In this document: positions 37,241-47,024 of the stretch, in pieces
Position numbering within the stretch: the stretch's first letter is position 1
How the letters are laid out: the number at the start of each line of letters is the position of its first letter
Virus record (IMG/VR): IMGVR_UViG_3300036805_000167
Span: 74,778-138,777 of that record
Source: a virus
Taxonomy: Duplodnaviria > Caudoviricetes
Reading direction: 5' to 3' (one strand)
Length of the DNA: 64,000 nt
Notes under the pieces: model-generated
Told to the model about the DNA's origin: nothing
Database searches by the model: none
What the model saw: only the letters and a program-made list of their open reading frames with translations
Position numbers and translations under genes: made by a program

Positions 37241-38125
37241 CTAGACCTCGATGCCCTCGAGCAGCCGGGCGGCCTCGTCGGCGCGGTCGCGGGCCTCGAG
37301 CGACGCGGTGAGCTGCTCGATGCGCGACTCCAGGCCCTGCAGCCGCTGACGCTCGGTGCGTGCCGCGGACGCGGCGATGGCCTGGTCCTCGGTAGCGCCG
37401 GTGATCTCGTCGGCGCTGACCGGGACCTCCACCACGAACCGGGTGTGCTCGTCATCGGCGACCTCTACGACCTTGGCGATCTGGCCGGATGCGGTGATCT
37501 GGACGTAGTCGTCCTTGAAGAACTTGGACACGGGGGCCTCCTGGGGCTCCTGGATGGGGTTGGGGACGACGTTGGCGGCGACCAGCGGCGCGAGCTCGGC
37601 GGCCGAAGCCACCCGGGCGCGGGGAATGGGGAAGCCGGGCGTGTTGACCATCAGCGCCGCGACCAGCTCGAGCGACCCGCCCACCGGCCGCCAGTCGCCC
37701 GATACTGCGGAGGCGCGCAGCTTGTGCATGCGCAGGTCGTCGATGCCGGGGGCGACGGCGCCGGCGAACCACACGCCGTGGGCGTCCTCGCCGGCGCACA
37801 CCTGGGCGACCTGGGCGCCGGTGTCGTCGTAGTGCGCCGCGGCCTGGGTGGCGTCGCTGGTCAGCGAGGCGTGCCCGGTGTCGAGCGTCAGATTTCCGAC
37901 GGAGATGTCAACCGGCGCGTCACCGTCGAGCGCCTGCGTGGAGCCCACCATGAAGTAGCTGTAATCGTGCTGTGACCTCGGTGGCCGCACGTTCTTGCCC
38001 GGCATCCCCATGTGCGTCGAGTCCCAGGTGGCGATATGTCCATACACGCGGCCGGATGACTCGACAGTGACGGGGGTAGGACCGCTCAGTTGCGGATCGC
38101 GGAACCAGTCGATAGGCGGGGTCAT
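37241..38125 (-). CDS. Capsid maturation protease
   Basis: GRVYGHIATW, GEDAHGVWFAG, SGDWR, LELVAAL.VNTPGFP. Confidence 0.8.
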   Translation of the reverse strand: MTPPIDWFRDPQLSGPTPVTVESSGRVYGHIATWDSTHMGMPGKNVRPPRSQHDYSYFMVGSTQALDGDAPVDISVGNLTLDTGHASLTSDATQAAAHYDDTGAQVAQVCAGEDAHGVWFAGAVAPGIDDLRMHKLRASAVSGDWRPVGGSLELVAALMVNTPGFPIPRARVASAAELAPLVAANVVPNPIQEPQEAPVSKFFKDDYVQITASGQIAKVVEVADDEHTRFVVEVPVSADEITGATEDQAIAASAARTERQRLQGLESRIEQLTASLEARDRADEAARLLEGIEV

Positions 38126-38394
38126 CAGCGGTGCCTCCCTCGCAGGCGGCCCTTGCCCCTGCTTGCTGCTCGCGTATGACGCGACATGACGCGCGCCTTC
38201 TGGCTGACCGTCAGCTGCTTGGCGCTGCGCTGACGACGTTTGGTCTGCTTCCCCGAGCGGGCCTTCTTGGTGGCCTTGGCCTTGCCGGAGCGGCTGGGCT
38301 TGGTCGACGCCTTCGACGTGTGCGGGTCGCCGTAGGAGGCGAACCGGCCGCCGTTGACGCCCGACTGGATGCGGGCCTGCCTGGAGCTATACAC
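38125..38394 (-). CDS. Small, highly basic protein
   Basis: Lys/Arg-rich; GGRFA motif. Confidence 0.5.
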   Translation of the reverse strand: MYSSRQARIQSGVNGGRFASYGDPHTSKASTKPSRSGKAKATKKARSGKQTKRRQRSAKQLTVSQKARVMSRHTRAASRGKGRLRGRHR

Positions 38395-40978
38395 GGGCCG
38401 CCTCCGCGGGTTCCGGTGTCGGTGTCGACCAGACGGTCTCGACGGTGCACAAGCAACCGTGGTGATCGCCGGGATGGAACGCGGGGCCGATCCACGAGGC
38501 GTCCGCGCCCGCATCGAGGCGCGGGTCGGTCCACGAGGTGAACTCCAGGTCGTCGAGACGCTGGTGGGGCTCGAAGTGCTGCCGCGGGTTCGACGGGTAG
38601 TTCCAGCGGTAACCACGCACCGCCGCGTCGGCGCCGCGCATCACATCCACGACCTCGATGCCGGTACCGGGACCGGCCGCGGCCGAGACCGGGTCGCCCG
38701 GACCCCGCACCATCGTCCCGTCATCCGCAACACCAGCGGCGCCCTCGGGCAGGCCACCCATCTTCGACACCGCACCGCGGATCAGCGACGCGGGCACGTA
38801 GTCGGAGTGCGACTCGCCCACCGGCGGAGACGTCTCGCCGTAGAGCACCGCCCGGATGCGCTCGGAGAGCTTGCCCTTGAGCCAGTGCCACGCGTTCTGC
38901 GCCCGCGCGATCAGCCGGTCAGCCAGGCCCTTGGCCTTGCCCGCCCCGACCATCGAGGCCACCGTCGACTCAACCGCGCGGGCCGCCGAGGCAGTGTCGC
39001 GTTCGTACTGGGTGGCGAAGTCGTCCAGGGCGCCGTCCAAAGCGGCCTCGTCATCGAGGGACGCGGTCAATCCACGACCCCCGCGGGCGAGGACACCGCG
39101 AGGGTCGGTGCCGGTGGGGAACAGCGACGCAGTCACCGCCGACTTCTGCGACTGGGTGCGAAGCCGGTTGGCCGCCTTCTCCACCGCCCGGCCGATGGTC
39201 GCGTCGGCGTGGGCGAGCAGCGTGACCGTCAGGTCGGCGTCGATGCGGGCCAGCCGCGCTGAGGCGCGAGCGTGGACCTTCTCGCGCACCGCCGAGGCGC
39301 GCACCGTGGTCTGCGGCGGCGGAGAATCCGACTGTGTCGGCGAAGCAGCCGGAAGCGTGCGGGTGCGGTCACCGGCCTTGTTGACCTCGGTGGGGCGCCC
39401 ACCGGTCTGGCCGGCGTCCTGCGGCGTAGCCGCGTCCTGAGTCGGCGGCGCGTTCTTGCCAGCCAACGCCGCCATCGCCAGGCTCATCACCTTGGCGATC
39501 GTCGGCTCGGAGAGGTCCAGCCCGGACAGCGCGATCAACGCCGGAATCGACGCCTGGTAAGCACGGCCCTCGGACAGGTCACGGGACAGCTTCTCCATCG
39601 GGGAGGGCCGGTCTTCCTCAGTGAAGCCCAGCGAGCGGCGCAGCGCCGCGTCCGAGATAGCCATCGACTGGTGCGCGTCCTTGGCGGCCTGACCACGATC
39701 CGGGTCCTGCATCAGCTCGGACGGGTCGAACCAGAAACACAGCTTCTCCCGCTCCTCGCGAGAGACGCCCATGGCCTTGAGCGCCGGCCACAGGTAGGCA
39801 ACGGTCAACGCATCGCACATCCGCTCGGCGCGGGGCTCGATGTGGGACTTCACGGTGTCGGCGGAGATGACCGCACCGTTCCAGTGGTTGGTGTCGCCGA
39901 TACCGGTGAGCACCTCGGGCGGCAGGTCGATGCCGCGCGCCAACACCGCCACCAGGTTGTCACGACGAGCGTCGAGGTCCTTCGGGTCTTCGTTGTGCAG
40001 GTCGATGGTCCCGATGACGTCCTTCATCGGGGTGTCGTTCATCATCGCCGGGCCGCGGATCACCAGCGGCACCACCGCCGACGGGTCAGCCTCGTCGGCG
40101 ATCGGCTCGGTCATGAACGCGGCCAGCTCGGTCAGGAACGGGTCACCGTCCTCGTCGGCACCCTCGGCGTCCGAAGTGGCCGGGGCCTGGCCTGCGCGGT
40201 GCAGCGAGAGCTCGTCAGGCAGGAACAGCGCCTTACCCGAGGAGATACGGGACCGGTCGTGAGCTCGGCCGCGCCGCGAGAGCAGCGTCATCGCCTCGCA
40301 GGTCTCGAGCAGCGCCGCGATCGGCGAGTCCGGCCACAGGTGATAGCGCGGGTGCGGGTTCCACAGCCGCAGCAGCTCACAGCTCGACGGATCCAGGTCG
40401 CGGCCACCGCGGCCGGCGCCGGGTTCGACGAGGCGCACCATCTGGTTGCCGATGGTGACCTCGGAGACCGACTTGATCGACCAGTCCTCGCCGTCCTCGC
40501 CGTCCTCGCCGAGCAGATAGGCCTCGCCGGCGAACTCGAGGTTCTCACCGAGGCGCCCGAGCAGCGTGGAACCCTGCTGGTCAAGGTTGAGCCGACTCGA
40601 CGCAGTTAGCGCGGCGGCGCGGGTCGCAGCGCTGACCTGACTGACTGGCTTGGTGGGCTTGTCGGCCGAATCCTTCGACGCGTCCTGGGCACCTTCCAGC
40701 GGCTGCGGCGGCACCCCACGGGGCTGACGCTCAGCAGGAAAGACGCGCAGTCGTCCCAGGCTGGAGCGGATGAAGCTGGCCACGAACTGCAGCTCGGGCA
40801 CGGTGTCGCGGTAGACCCACGCGGAGTCCTGCCAACCGCTGCGCCGAGCGATGACCGGTTCGGGCTTGCGCAGGTCGATGCGCTGCCCGGCGGCGACCAT
40901 GGCCTTCGGCGCCTTGCGCGGCGGCGTAGCGGCCGGCGGCGGGGTGACAGTCTTCGCGAAGTTCTCCAGCAGCCCCAC
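38387..40978 (-). CDS. Portal protein fused to a MuF-like C-terminal domain
   Basis: ELQFVA, RLWNPHP..DSP, VVPLV, LPPEVLTG..NHW, WFDPS; C-terminal HPGDHHGCLC. Confidence 0.85.
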   Translation of the reverse strand: MGLLENFAKTVTPPPAATPPRKAPKAMVAAGQRIDLRKPEPVIARRSGWQDSAWVYRDTVPELQFVASFIRSSLGRLRVFPAERQPRGVPPQPLEGAQDASKDSADKPTKPVSQVSAATRAAALTASSRLNLDQQGSTLLGRLGENLEFAGEAYLLGEDGEDGEDWSIKSVSEVTIGNQMVRLVEPGAGRGGRDLDPSSCELLRLWNPHPRYHLWPDSPIAALLETCEAMTLLSRRGRAHDRSRISSGKALFLPDELSLHRAGQAPATSDAEGADEDGDPFLTELAAFMTEPIADEADPSAVVPLVIRGPAMMNDTPMKDVIGTIDLHNEDPKDLDARRDNLVAVLARGIDLPPEVLTGIGDTNHWNGAVISADTVKSHIEPRAERMCDALTVAYLWPALKAMGVSREEREKLCFWFDPSELMQDPDRGQAAKDAHQSMAISDAALRRSLGFTEEDRPSPMEKLSRDLSEGRAYQASIPALIALSGLDLSEPTIAKVMSLAMAALAGKNAPPTQDAATPQDAGQTGGRPTEVNKAGDRTRTLPAASPTQSDSPPPQTTVRASAVREKVHARASARLARIDADLTVTLLAHADATIGRAVEKAANRLRTQSQKSAVTASLFPTGTDPRGVLARGGRGLTASLDDEAALDGALDDFATQYERDTASAARAVESTVASMVGAGKAKGLADRLIARAQNAWHWLKGKLSERIRAVLYGETSPPVGESHSDYVPASLIRGAVSKMGGLPEGAAGVADDGTMVRGPGDPVSAAAGPGTGIEVVDVMRGADAAVRGYRWNYPSNPRQHFEPHQRLDDLEFTSWTDPRLDAGADASWIGPAFHPGDHHGCLCTVETVWSTPTPEPAEAARV

Positions 40979-40980
40979 GG

Positions 40981-41304
40981 TCAGGAAACCTCACGGTCGG
41001 CGAGCAGGCCGGTGACCGCGGAGATCGCCCACGGCATCGCGGCGAGGAGAAACAGGTCACGGCGCTTGCGACGCCCGGCGAGCTCAGCAGCGGCGGTGAC
41101 CCCGGCGGCGATCCATGCTCCCAGGCACCAGGGGCAGGACCACAGCATGTCGTAGCCGGCGGGGGTGCGCTTCGCCAGCGCGTCACGGGCCCGGACCGCG
41201 GGGGGGAAGTCGTCGGTGGTAGCCAGCCGTGTCAGCCGATAGGAGGCGAGGGCGGCGACCGCAACGGTCCACGGGTCACGTGTCCACCCTCCACGGCGCG
41301 CCAT
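40981..41304 (-). CDS. DUF1360-like membrane protein
   Basis: YRLTRL..DD...R...CPWCLG.W. Confidence 0.8.
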   Translation of the reverse strand: MARRGGWTRDPWTVAVAALASYRLTRLATTDDFPPAVRARDALAKRTPAGYDMLWSCPWCLGAWIAAGVTAAAELAGRRKRRDLFLLAAMPWAISAVTGLLADREVS

Positions 41305-41355
41305 AGCTTCGCACGGTAGGTGCCCGCGACAGGCTGATCGTCGGGTTGCGTGGGC

Positions 41356-41529
41356 TCAGCGACCCTTGCGACCCGAGTGTTTCGAGGCGGGGAGCCTGCG
41401 GTAGCGCACGATCTTCCCGCCAGCTGTGCGGTGAGCCTTCTCTCGAGCCCAGGGCTTCCCCGACGCGAACGCCCAGCGCCACTGCTTCTTGGACTTGTAC
41501 CCGTGGTAGGTACCCCGACGACGCACCAT
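41356..41529 (-). CDS. Small basic protein
   Basis: KSKKQWRWAFA..KPWA. Confidence 0.6.
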   Translation of the reverse strand: MVRRRGTYHGYKSKKQWRWAFASGKPWAREKAHRTAGGKIVRYRRLPASKHSGRKGR

Positions 41530-41732
41530 CAGGACTTCTTGCGCTTCTTGGCCCACTTCCGGGCGTTCGCAGCGAACGTCGCCCTCGCACGCGTCTTGGG
41601 GTCCTTCGACTTCTTGAGCTTGGCCAGCTTCGACGCGGGGACCTTCTGGCCCTTCTTCACGCCGGCGGCCTTGCGCAGCTTGCCCTTGTTCGCCGGGTTA
41701 ATTTTGATCTTCGTGCGCCTCTTCGTCGCCAT
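41529..41732 (-). CDS. Small Lys-rich basic protein
   Basis: IKINPANKGKLRK...RARATFAANARKW. Confidence 0.7.
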   Translation of the reverse strand: MATKRRTKIKINPANKGKLRKAAGVKKGQKVPASKLAKLKKSKDPKTRARATFAANARKWAKKRKKS

Positions 41733-41753
41733 GAGCCGAGGGTAGGCGCGTGA

Positions 41754-41936
41754 CTACCGTTCGACGCAGAGAAGCTGGGCCGAGCACCCGAGGCAGACGG
41801 CCAGCGCCGGAGACTCCGCCGTGCCCAGGCCGAGCTCGAAGTAGTACTCGTCGTTCTCGAACGGCTGCTTGCAGCTCGGGCAGCGGCCCAGCGCCGCGAG
41901 CATCGAGTCCACCGGCACCATCACCGCGTCACTCAC
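41754..41936 (-). CDS. Small Zn-finger protein
   Basis: CPSC...CLGC. Confidence 0.5.
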   Translation of the reverse strand: MSDAVMVPVDSMLAALGRCPSCKQPFENDEYYFELGLGTAESPALAVCLGCSAQLLCVER

Positions 41937-42129
41937 CGTAAGCCTCCCCCTGCTTCGGCGCCTGAAAGCCGTTGTCGTGGCGCATCGCGCAGTCGAAGCA
42001 CGCCCGGTCCCAGCGGGCGGTCCCGACGTGCACCCGGTTCCACGGCTCACCGACGCTCGGGCGCTCGTCGCACCACGGGCAAGGTGTGTAGCCGTCGGCG
42101 TACTCGATGTCGGCGTAGTCCTCGCTCAC
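41929..42129 (-). CDS. Small Zn-finger protein
   Basis: CPWC...CFDC. Confidence 0.5.
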   Translation of the reverse strand: MSEDYADIEYADGYTPCPWCDERPSVGEPWNRVHVGTARWDRACFDCAMRHDNGFQAPKQGEAYGE

Positions 42130-42308
42130 TGCCCACGCTCCTTGCGCAGCTGCTCGGCGACCTCACGGGCAGCTTCGCGGTCCGAGCGAGGATCGAGCCC
42201 GGTCAACTTGGCGACCTTGACGTCGCGGATCGTGTTGAGGATCAGGCCCAGTGCGAGCAGCGCACCCAGGACGATCACCGAGCCCAGGATCACGGCGCCG
42301 ACACTCAT
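42126..42308 (-). CDS. Small membrane protein
   Basis: One TM segment; stop/start coupled with neighbours. Confidence 0.55.
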   Translation of the reverse strand: MSVGAVILGSVIVLGALLALGLILNTIRDVKVAKLTGLDPRSDREAAREVAEQLRKERGQ

Positions 42309-42634
42309 CACAGCCTCCCCAGCTGGTACGGAGTGAGCTCCGGCGGGTGCCAGCCCTTGAGCCGGTCCCCGCAGCCGCAACCACCGGCCGAGCGCACGCC
42401 GATACGACCGATCGACGTGTCGAACCACCAGTCGGTGCCCTTGTTGCCGATCGTCGAGGCGTCGCGCTCGAACGGCACGTCGTAAACCGGGTGATCGGGG
42501 CTGGTCCAGGCCAGCAGCCGCCCCGTCCCCTGCTCGTCGGGCTTGGTGAGCACCACCTTGGCCTTGGCGTGGGTCACCGCGCCGTCAGGGCCGAGCAGCT
42601 TGACCGGGAACCGGTCAGCGACGATGACAGTCAC
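42308..42634 (-). CDS. Hypothetical protein
   Basis: GGCGCG motif; coupled to neighbours. Confidence 0.6.
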   Translation of the reverse strand: MTVIVADRFPVKLLGPDGAVTHAKAKVVLTKPDEQGTGRLLAWTSPDHPVYDVPFERDASTIGNKGTDWWFDTSIGRIGVRSAGGCGCGDRLKGWHPPELTPYQLGRL

Positions 42635-42870
42635 TCGTGCACCTCACGTCGATCCATGGCGTTGTGTATGTAGATGGTGCTCAACTGTCCGTCGGGCTCG
42701 ATACGCGGCTCGAGGGTGGGTACGCACCAGCACTCGTGGTAGCGATGCGGGCCGGGACGCTGCAACGTCAACCAGCCAGTGGTGTTGCGGTCATCGTCGT
42801 AGCCGCGCGGCACCTCATGGGTGCGCAGATCGTCCAGCGGGATGACGTCGACACTCGGGGTGACGTTCAC
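42631..42870 (-). CDS. Hypothetical protein
   Basis: DDLRTH...CWCVP...IHNAMDRRE. Confidence 0.6.
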   Translation of the reverse strand: MNVTPSVDVIPLDDLRTHEVPRGYDDDRNTTGWLTLQRPGPHRYHECWCVPTLEPRIEPDGQLSTIYIHNAMDRREVHE

Positions 42871-43373
42871 GACGCCTCACCCGCCGAGTCGCAGTACTCG
42901 GCGTAGCTGGTCGCCAAGCCCATCCGGCCACGGCGGATCAGCAGCGACGCGATCTTGCGGGGGTCGCGGAACACCCGGCCCCGCGGCGAGGTCCACGACC
43001 CGTCGGGGTTCGGTGTCCACTCCGCCGGATGGATCTGATCGGGACGCACCACCGCGCCACCGCCATAGGACACCTCCCCGGGGTCGCCGCTGACCTCGCG
43101 GCGAGTGTGGGGACGGCGACGGCGCGGCTCGGTGGGGTCGGTGGGGTCGGTCAGCGCATCCAGGTCGTAGGACACCCCGTGCCAGCGGGCGTAGCCGGCG
43201 ATGGTGGCCTCACGGAACGCCGCGGACACCGCGTGCCACAGCTGGTCGGGACCTTTCGCGATGACCGCGTGACCGCGGGCCTGCGGAGTGGAGACACGCA
43301 ACCGGCCGTCGTCGAGGCGTTGCAGTTGCAACTCCACGTGTCGTGCACCCGGCCGCGAACCCTGAGCACCCAT
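42867..43373 (-). CDS. Hypothetical protein
   Basis: Coupled ORF; W.SPRG motif. Confidence 0.55.
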   Translation of the reverse strand: MGAQGSRPGARHVELQLQRLDDGRLRVSTPQARGHAVIAKGPDQLWHAVSAAFREATIAGYARWHGVSYDLDALTDPTDPTEPRRRRPHTRREVSGDPGEVSYGGGAVVRPDQIHPAEWTPNPDGSWTSPRGRVFRDPRKIASLLIRRGRMGLATSYAEYCDSAGEAS

Positions 43374-43446
43374 CAGCGAGTGAGCCTTTCGTCGTGGATC
43401 ACAGCGCAGAGTAACGGGTTGGTCTCGTTCACATACTCCGGGACGC

Positions 43447-45213
43447 TCAGGCGTCGCGTTCGTGGGGCGAGCGAGAGTTGTGCCGCATCGCCCGCTGCAT
43501 GCCCATCGGCGTGATCCCACCGGTGCCGGTCGTGGCAGTGGCGCCCTGGCGGCTCTTCGCCGTGTTGATCGGGATGACTGCGCCACCGACGTCGGTGACC
43601 CGGGAGATACGCGCGGTGCCGCGCGCCGACTCCAGATGCGTGGTCAGCATCGACAGCACGTCGATCCGGTTCGGGCTCTTCTGGCCTTCCAACCACTGGC
43701 AACACTCGTACTCCAGGCGATCGAGCTGGCCGAGCAGGCACGCCCGGCCGGTCTCGAACGCCCCGGCCACCGACTCCGCGCGAACCCGCTTCGACTGCCG
43801 CGGAGTGATCGACACGACCCGCGGCCCAGTGGGTCCGGCGTCGAGGACCGCGCGGAACACCTTGAGCACCTGGCGCAGCGCCACCAGCTCAGCGGCCTGG
43901 TCGTCACCGCGGGCACGGAGCTCGTCGATGGCGAAGTGCGGGCGGGAATCGTCGCCGTTCTCCAGCTTGTCCTCGGGCACATCAGCGAGGGCCTGGGCCT
44001 GGCGGTAGAGCAGCGCCCAGGCGTCCGGGATGGAAGTGCGCATCCCGAGGTTGTGCTCCTGCACGATGCGGGTGGCGCCGTGGGTGATCCAAGCGAGGCA
44101 CGCCTTACGCGCCCACTGCGCCTGGGAAAGCTGCGCCGACAGGTCGTCGGTGAACACGATCTTCCCGTCGCGGGTCAGGCCGGCGACCAAGATGCCCGCC
44201 GCGTCACCGCGGCCGGTGTCGGCGGGGTCGACCCCGACCACAGTCAGCACGAAGTGTGGCCGCTGCGTGAGCCGGTGGGTGGCGAACCACGCGTGCTGGA
44301 AGATGCCGCCCTCGAGCGGGGCGGGACGCCCCTGGTACAACGCCGCGAAGTCCCGCTCCCCGACGTCCGCGCGGACCTTCTCCCAGTCCAGGCGCGTGCG
44401 ACCACGAGTGGAGATCAACCACTCACCGGACTCCCGGTCCAGCGCGTCCTCGGTCTCACCGTCGGAAAGAGCCGGGATGTTGATCAGCGGCCAGCCCTGC
44501 TCGATCATCCGCCCAGCAAGATCGTCTTCGTGCCAGCGGGTCTGGATGACCAGCGCCGGCGCACCCGGAGCGAGACGAGTACGGGCGACTGAGGTCCACC
44601 ACTCGTGCATCGCCTCGCGGACGGTGTCCGAGTCGGCCTGCTCCCGGCCTTTGAGGGGGTCATCCACAAGCATGATGTCAGCTGGGCGGCCGGTCAGCGC
44701 ACCGCCAAGGCCCACCGAGTACAGCCCGCCTCGGCGACCTTCGATGCCCCAGTCGGTGGCGTCACGGTGGCTCTGGTCCAGCGGCAGGCACAGCTCGGGG
44801 TGGGTCTTGAGGATGTTGCGGACCTCGCGGCCGGTCTGGCGCGCGAGGCTCTGCGCGAAGCTGACGTTGACGATGCGTCGGTCCGGGTCATCGCAGAGCA
44901 GCCAGGTGATCAGCCACCGCAGCTGAGTGGTCTTGAACTCCTGCGGCGGCACCGAGACCACCAGGCGACCGTCGTAGGAAGTGGCCGCCTCCTTCATGCG
45001 GCGCGAGACCAACTCGAGGGCCGGGGTGCGCTTGGTGCGCAGGTCGAACCGCTCCGCGAAGTCCAACGGCGTCGGGTGCTGCGCCAAGAACATCTTCCGC
45101 GCGCCACCGGGGTCCGCGGCGACCAGGGCATCCCGTTGCTTGCGCAGCTCCTGGAGCTGCTCGAGCTTGTGCAGCCGACGCGCGCGCAGGCTGGCGTTCT
45201 CGGGCTCGGTCAC
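43447..45213 (-). CDS. terL: Terminase large subunit
   Basis: VPPQEFKT, ALTGRPAD, VDDPLK, IQTRWHEDDLAG, ALYQGRP, VGVDPA, SPNRID. Confidence 0.95.
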   Translation of the reverse strand: MTEPENASLRARRLHKLEQLQELRKQRDALVAADPGGARKMFLAQHPTPLDFAERFDLRTKRTPALELVSRRMKEAATSYDGRLVVSVPPQEFKTTQLRWLITWLLCDDPDRRIVNVSFAQSLARQTGREVRNILKTHPELCLPLDQSHRDATDWGIEGRRGGLYSVGLGGALTGRPADIMLVDDPLKGREQADSDTVREAMHEWWTSVARTRLAPGAPALVIQTRWHEDDLAGRMIEQGWPLINIPALSDGETEDALDRESGEWLISTRGRTRLDWEKVRADVGERDFAALYQGRPAPLEGGIFQHAWFATHRLTQRPHFVLTVVGVDPADTGRGDAAGILVAGLTRDGKIVFTDDLSAQLSQAQWARKACLAWITHGATRIVQEHNLGMRTSIPDAWALLYRQAQALADVPEDKLENGDDSRPHFAIDELRARGDDQAAELVALRQVLKVFRAVLDAGPTGPRVVSITPRQSKRVRAESVAGAFETGRACLLGQLDRLEYECCQWLEGQKSPNRIDVLSMLTTHLESARGTARISRVTDVGGAVIPINTAKSRQGATATTGTGGITPMGMQRAMRHNSRSPHERDA

Positions 45214-45216
45214 CGC

Positions 45217-45702
45217 TTACTCGACCGCTTCGGCGTCGGCCTTCTCGGCGTCCTGCGCGTCCTGCTCAGCCTGGGCGACCTGGTCCATCGCGGCGAGCTC
45301 ACGCTGCAGCGCAGCGATCTCCTGGTCGACCTTGTCGATGGTGACCACCTGGGTCGGCGCGTCCAGCCCGAGCAGCTTGGCCTTGCGCTCGGCCCAGCCG
45401 CGGATCGAGCTCCACGCCTCGATGCGGCTGCGCGCGGAGACGTGGGCCTCGTCGCGGGCGATGCCCATCAGGTCGGCGATGGCGTCGTCGATGAGCATCA
45501 GCTCCTCGGCCCGATGCTCATCGACGTGCTGGGCCGGCGCCTCGGCGATCATGCGCTGGTAGTCGTTCCACGCGGTACCGACCGAGCAGCCGAGCGTCTC
45601 GGCGATCTGCTTCCAGCCCAACCGCTGACGACGCAGCTCGACCACGCGCCCAGCACGCTTCGCCACGTCGACCGGGTCGTGCGCGGGCTTTCCCTTCGCC
45701 AT
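45217..45702 (-). CDS. terS: Terminase small subunit
   Basis: N-terminal HTH, ERKAKLLGLDAP; directly upstream of terL. Confidence 0.85.
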   Translation of the reverse strand: MAKGKPAHDPVDVAKRAGRVVELRRQRLGWKQIAETLGCSVGTAWNDYQRMIAEAPAQHVDEHRAEELMLIDDAIADLMGIARDEAHVSARSRIEAWSSIRGWAERKAKLLGLDAPTQVVTIDKVDQEIAALQRELAAMDQVAQAEQDAQDAEKADAEAVE

Positions 45703-45778
45703 GCCCGGGATGATAGGCCGCGCCGCCGGCTCTGTGCCGGGGTTGTGCGGGCGAGGGATATGCGCTAGAGTCCTCTAC

Positions 45779-46057
45779 ATGAGCACCCCGAACCGCAAGC
45801 CCGCCAAGCGGAACTTCTCGCAGGCCCTGCCCACCCGCAAGCTGGTCAGCCACTGCCTCGGCTGCGACAAGAAGGCCTACTTCGAGCGCAGCCACGCCAA
45901 GGACGAGCGCAAGCGGCTGCGCCGCGCGGACCCCAACGAGATGCCGCTGTCGGTCTACCGCTGCCCCGACGACGACACCCGCTGGCACATCGGCCACGAC
46001 CACCTGCGCCACCTCGACGTCGTCGACTACTACAACTCGCTGGAGACCGGAGCATGA
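45779..46057 (+). CDS. Small Cys/His protein
   Basis: CDKKAY...VYRCP...WHIGH; leaderless start. Confidence 0.65.
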   Translation: MSTPNRKPAKRNFSQALPTRKLVSHCLGCDKKAYFERSHAKDERKRLRRADPNEMPLSVYRCPDDDTRWHIGHDHLRHLDVVDYYNSLETGA

Positions 46058-46254
46058 GCCGGCGGGCTGAGTGGTCGTGGGGCGACGCCACCGATACCAC
46101 CGAGGTGCGCATCATGGCGCTGCCTGACCGGAAGGCGTCGTACCTGGTGATGCACACCGACGACGGCATGCACCAGATCGCGCGGTTCCTCGACGACCGG
46201 GCGGCCGAGGAGTTCGCCGCCTGGCTGGACACGCGGCTGGGCGAGGGGGCGTGA
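46054..46254 (+). CDS. Hypothetical protein
   Basis: ATGA coupling with the upstream ORF. Confidence 0.55.
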   Translation: MSRRAEWSWGDATDTTEVRIMALPDRKASYLVMHTDDGMHQIARFLDDRAAEEFAAWLDTRLGEGA

Positions 46255-46436
46255 ACGACGACCGCCGCAACCTGACGGCGTGGCTGATCTTCACCTTCGT
46301 GATGCTGCTGTGCCTGCTGGCCACGGCGTTCGACCTCTTGACGTCGAGCCGAGTGACCCTGCTCGACGTTACCGTCCTGGCCGCGGGGCTCGTCGCGCCG
46401 GGCGGGCTGACGCTAGCGACTCGACGCATGACCTAG
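46251..46436 (+). CDS. Small two-TM protein
   Basis: Two hydrophobic segments. Confidence 0.55.
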   Translation: MNDDRRNLTAWLIFTFVMLLCLLATAFDLLTSSRVTLLDVTVLAAGLVAPGGLTLATRRMT

Positions 46437-46644
46437 AGCATGAATTGTGAGTGCGAAGAGGGTGAGAATTGGTGAGGGGGAAGGCCGACCACCCAGGCGC
46501 CTTGCTTTAAAAAAGGGCGCGAAACCCCGGGCGGTTTGCCGGCGGCCACGCATGCGGGTACGTGTACGCGCGCAGAGCACACGGAAAGAATTGCCTCGAG
46601 CTCCTTTCTTGCCCTCTGCCCTAGAGCGGCGTAGAGTGGCTTCC

Positions 46645-46974
46645 ATGCGAACAGTCATCCTCTCCGGGCTCGCCGTCATCATCATCGCGCTGGCCCCCCA
46701 CCTCCCCATGATCGTCCAAGCGGCGCCGCACCCGGCGACGAGCGCGCCGAGCTCGCAGCCGCGCGTCACCCAGGCACCCGCGGCCGAGGCGGTGCCGGCG
46801 CCGGGGGGTATGCCCGCGGGCTACTACGTCGCGGTGGACGCCGAGGCGCCCTCACAGTGCGTAACCGACCTGCTGGCGCTGGGGTGGACCGGCGATCCCA
46901 CCGACGGGCGTGAGGCTGTCATCGCCCCGCACAGCGTCTACGTCGCGGTCTGCCACCCGCTGGTGTCCGCATGA
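46645..46974 (+). CDS. Secreted or membrane protein
   Basis: Hydrophobic N-terminus; TAGAGT lies 7 nt before the ATG. Confidence 0.6.
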   Translation: MRTVILSGLAVIIIALAPHLPMIVQAAPHPATSAPSSQPRVTQAPAAEAVPAPGGMPAGYYVAVDAEAPSQCVTDLLALGWTGDPTDGREAVIAPHSVYVAVCHPLVSA

Positions 46975-47024
46975 GCCTCGCGGACATGCCCCTCTCGATC
47001 GCCGTCAACCGCGAAGGAGCTCCC

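Noticed and set aside
35266-37311. Long plus-strand ORFs opposite structural genes (also 33668-35446, 28159-29490, 22901-24532, 39272-40609, 7521-8906)
   Set aside because: Antisense shadows expected in high-GC DNA. They carry no motifs, unlike the HNH inside the intein.
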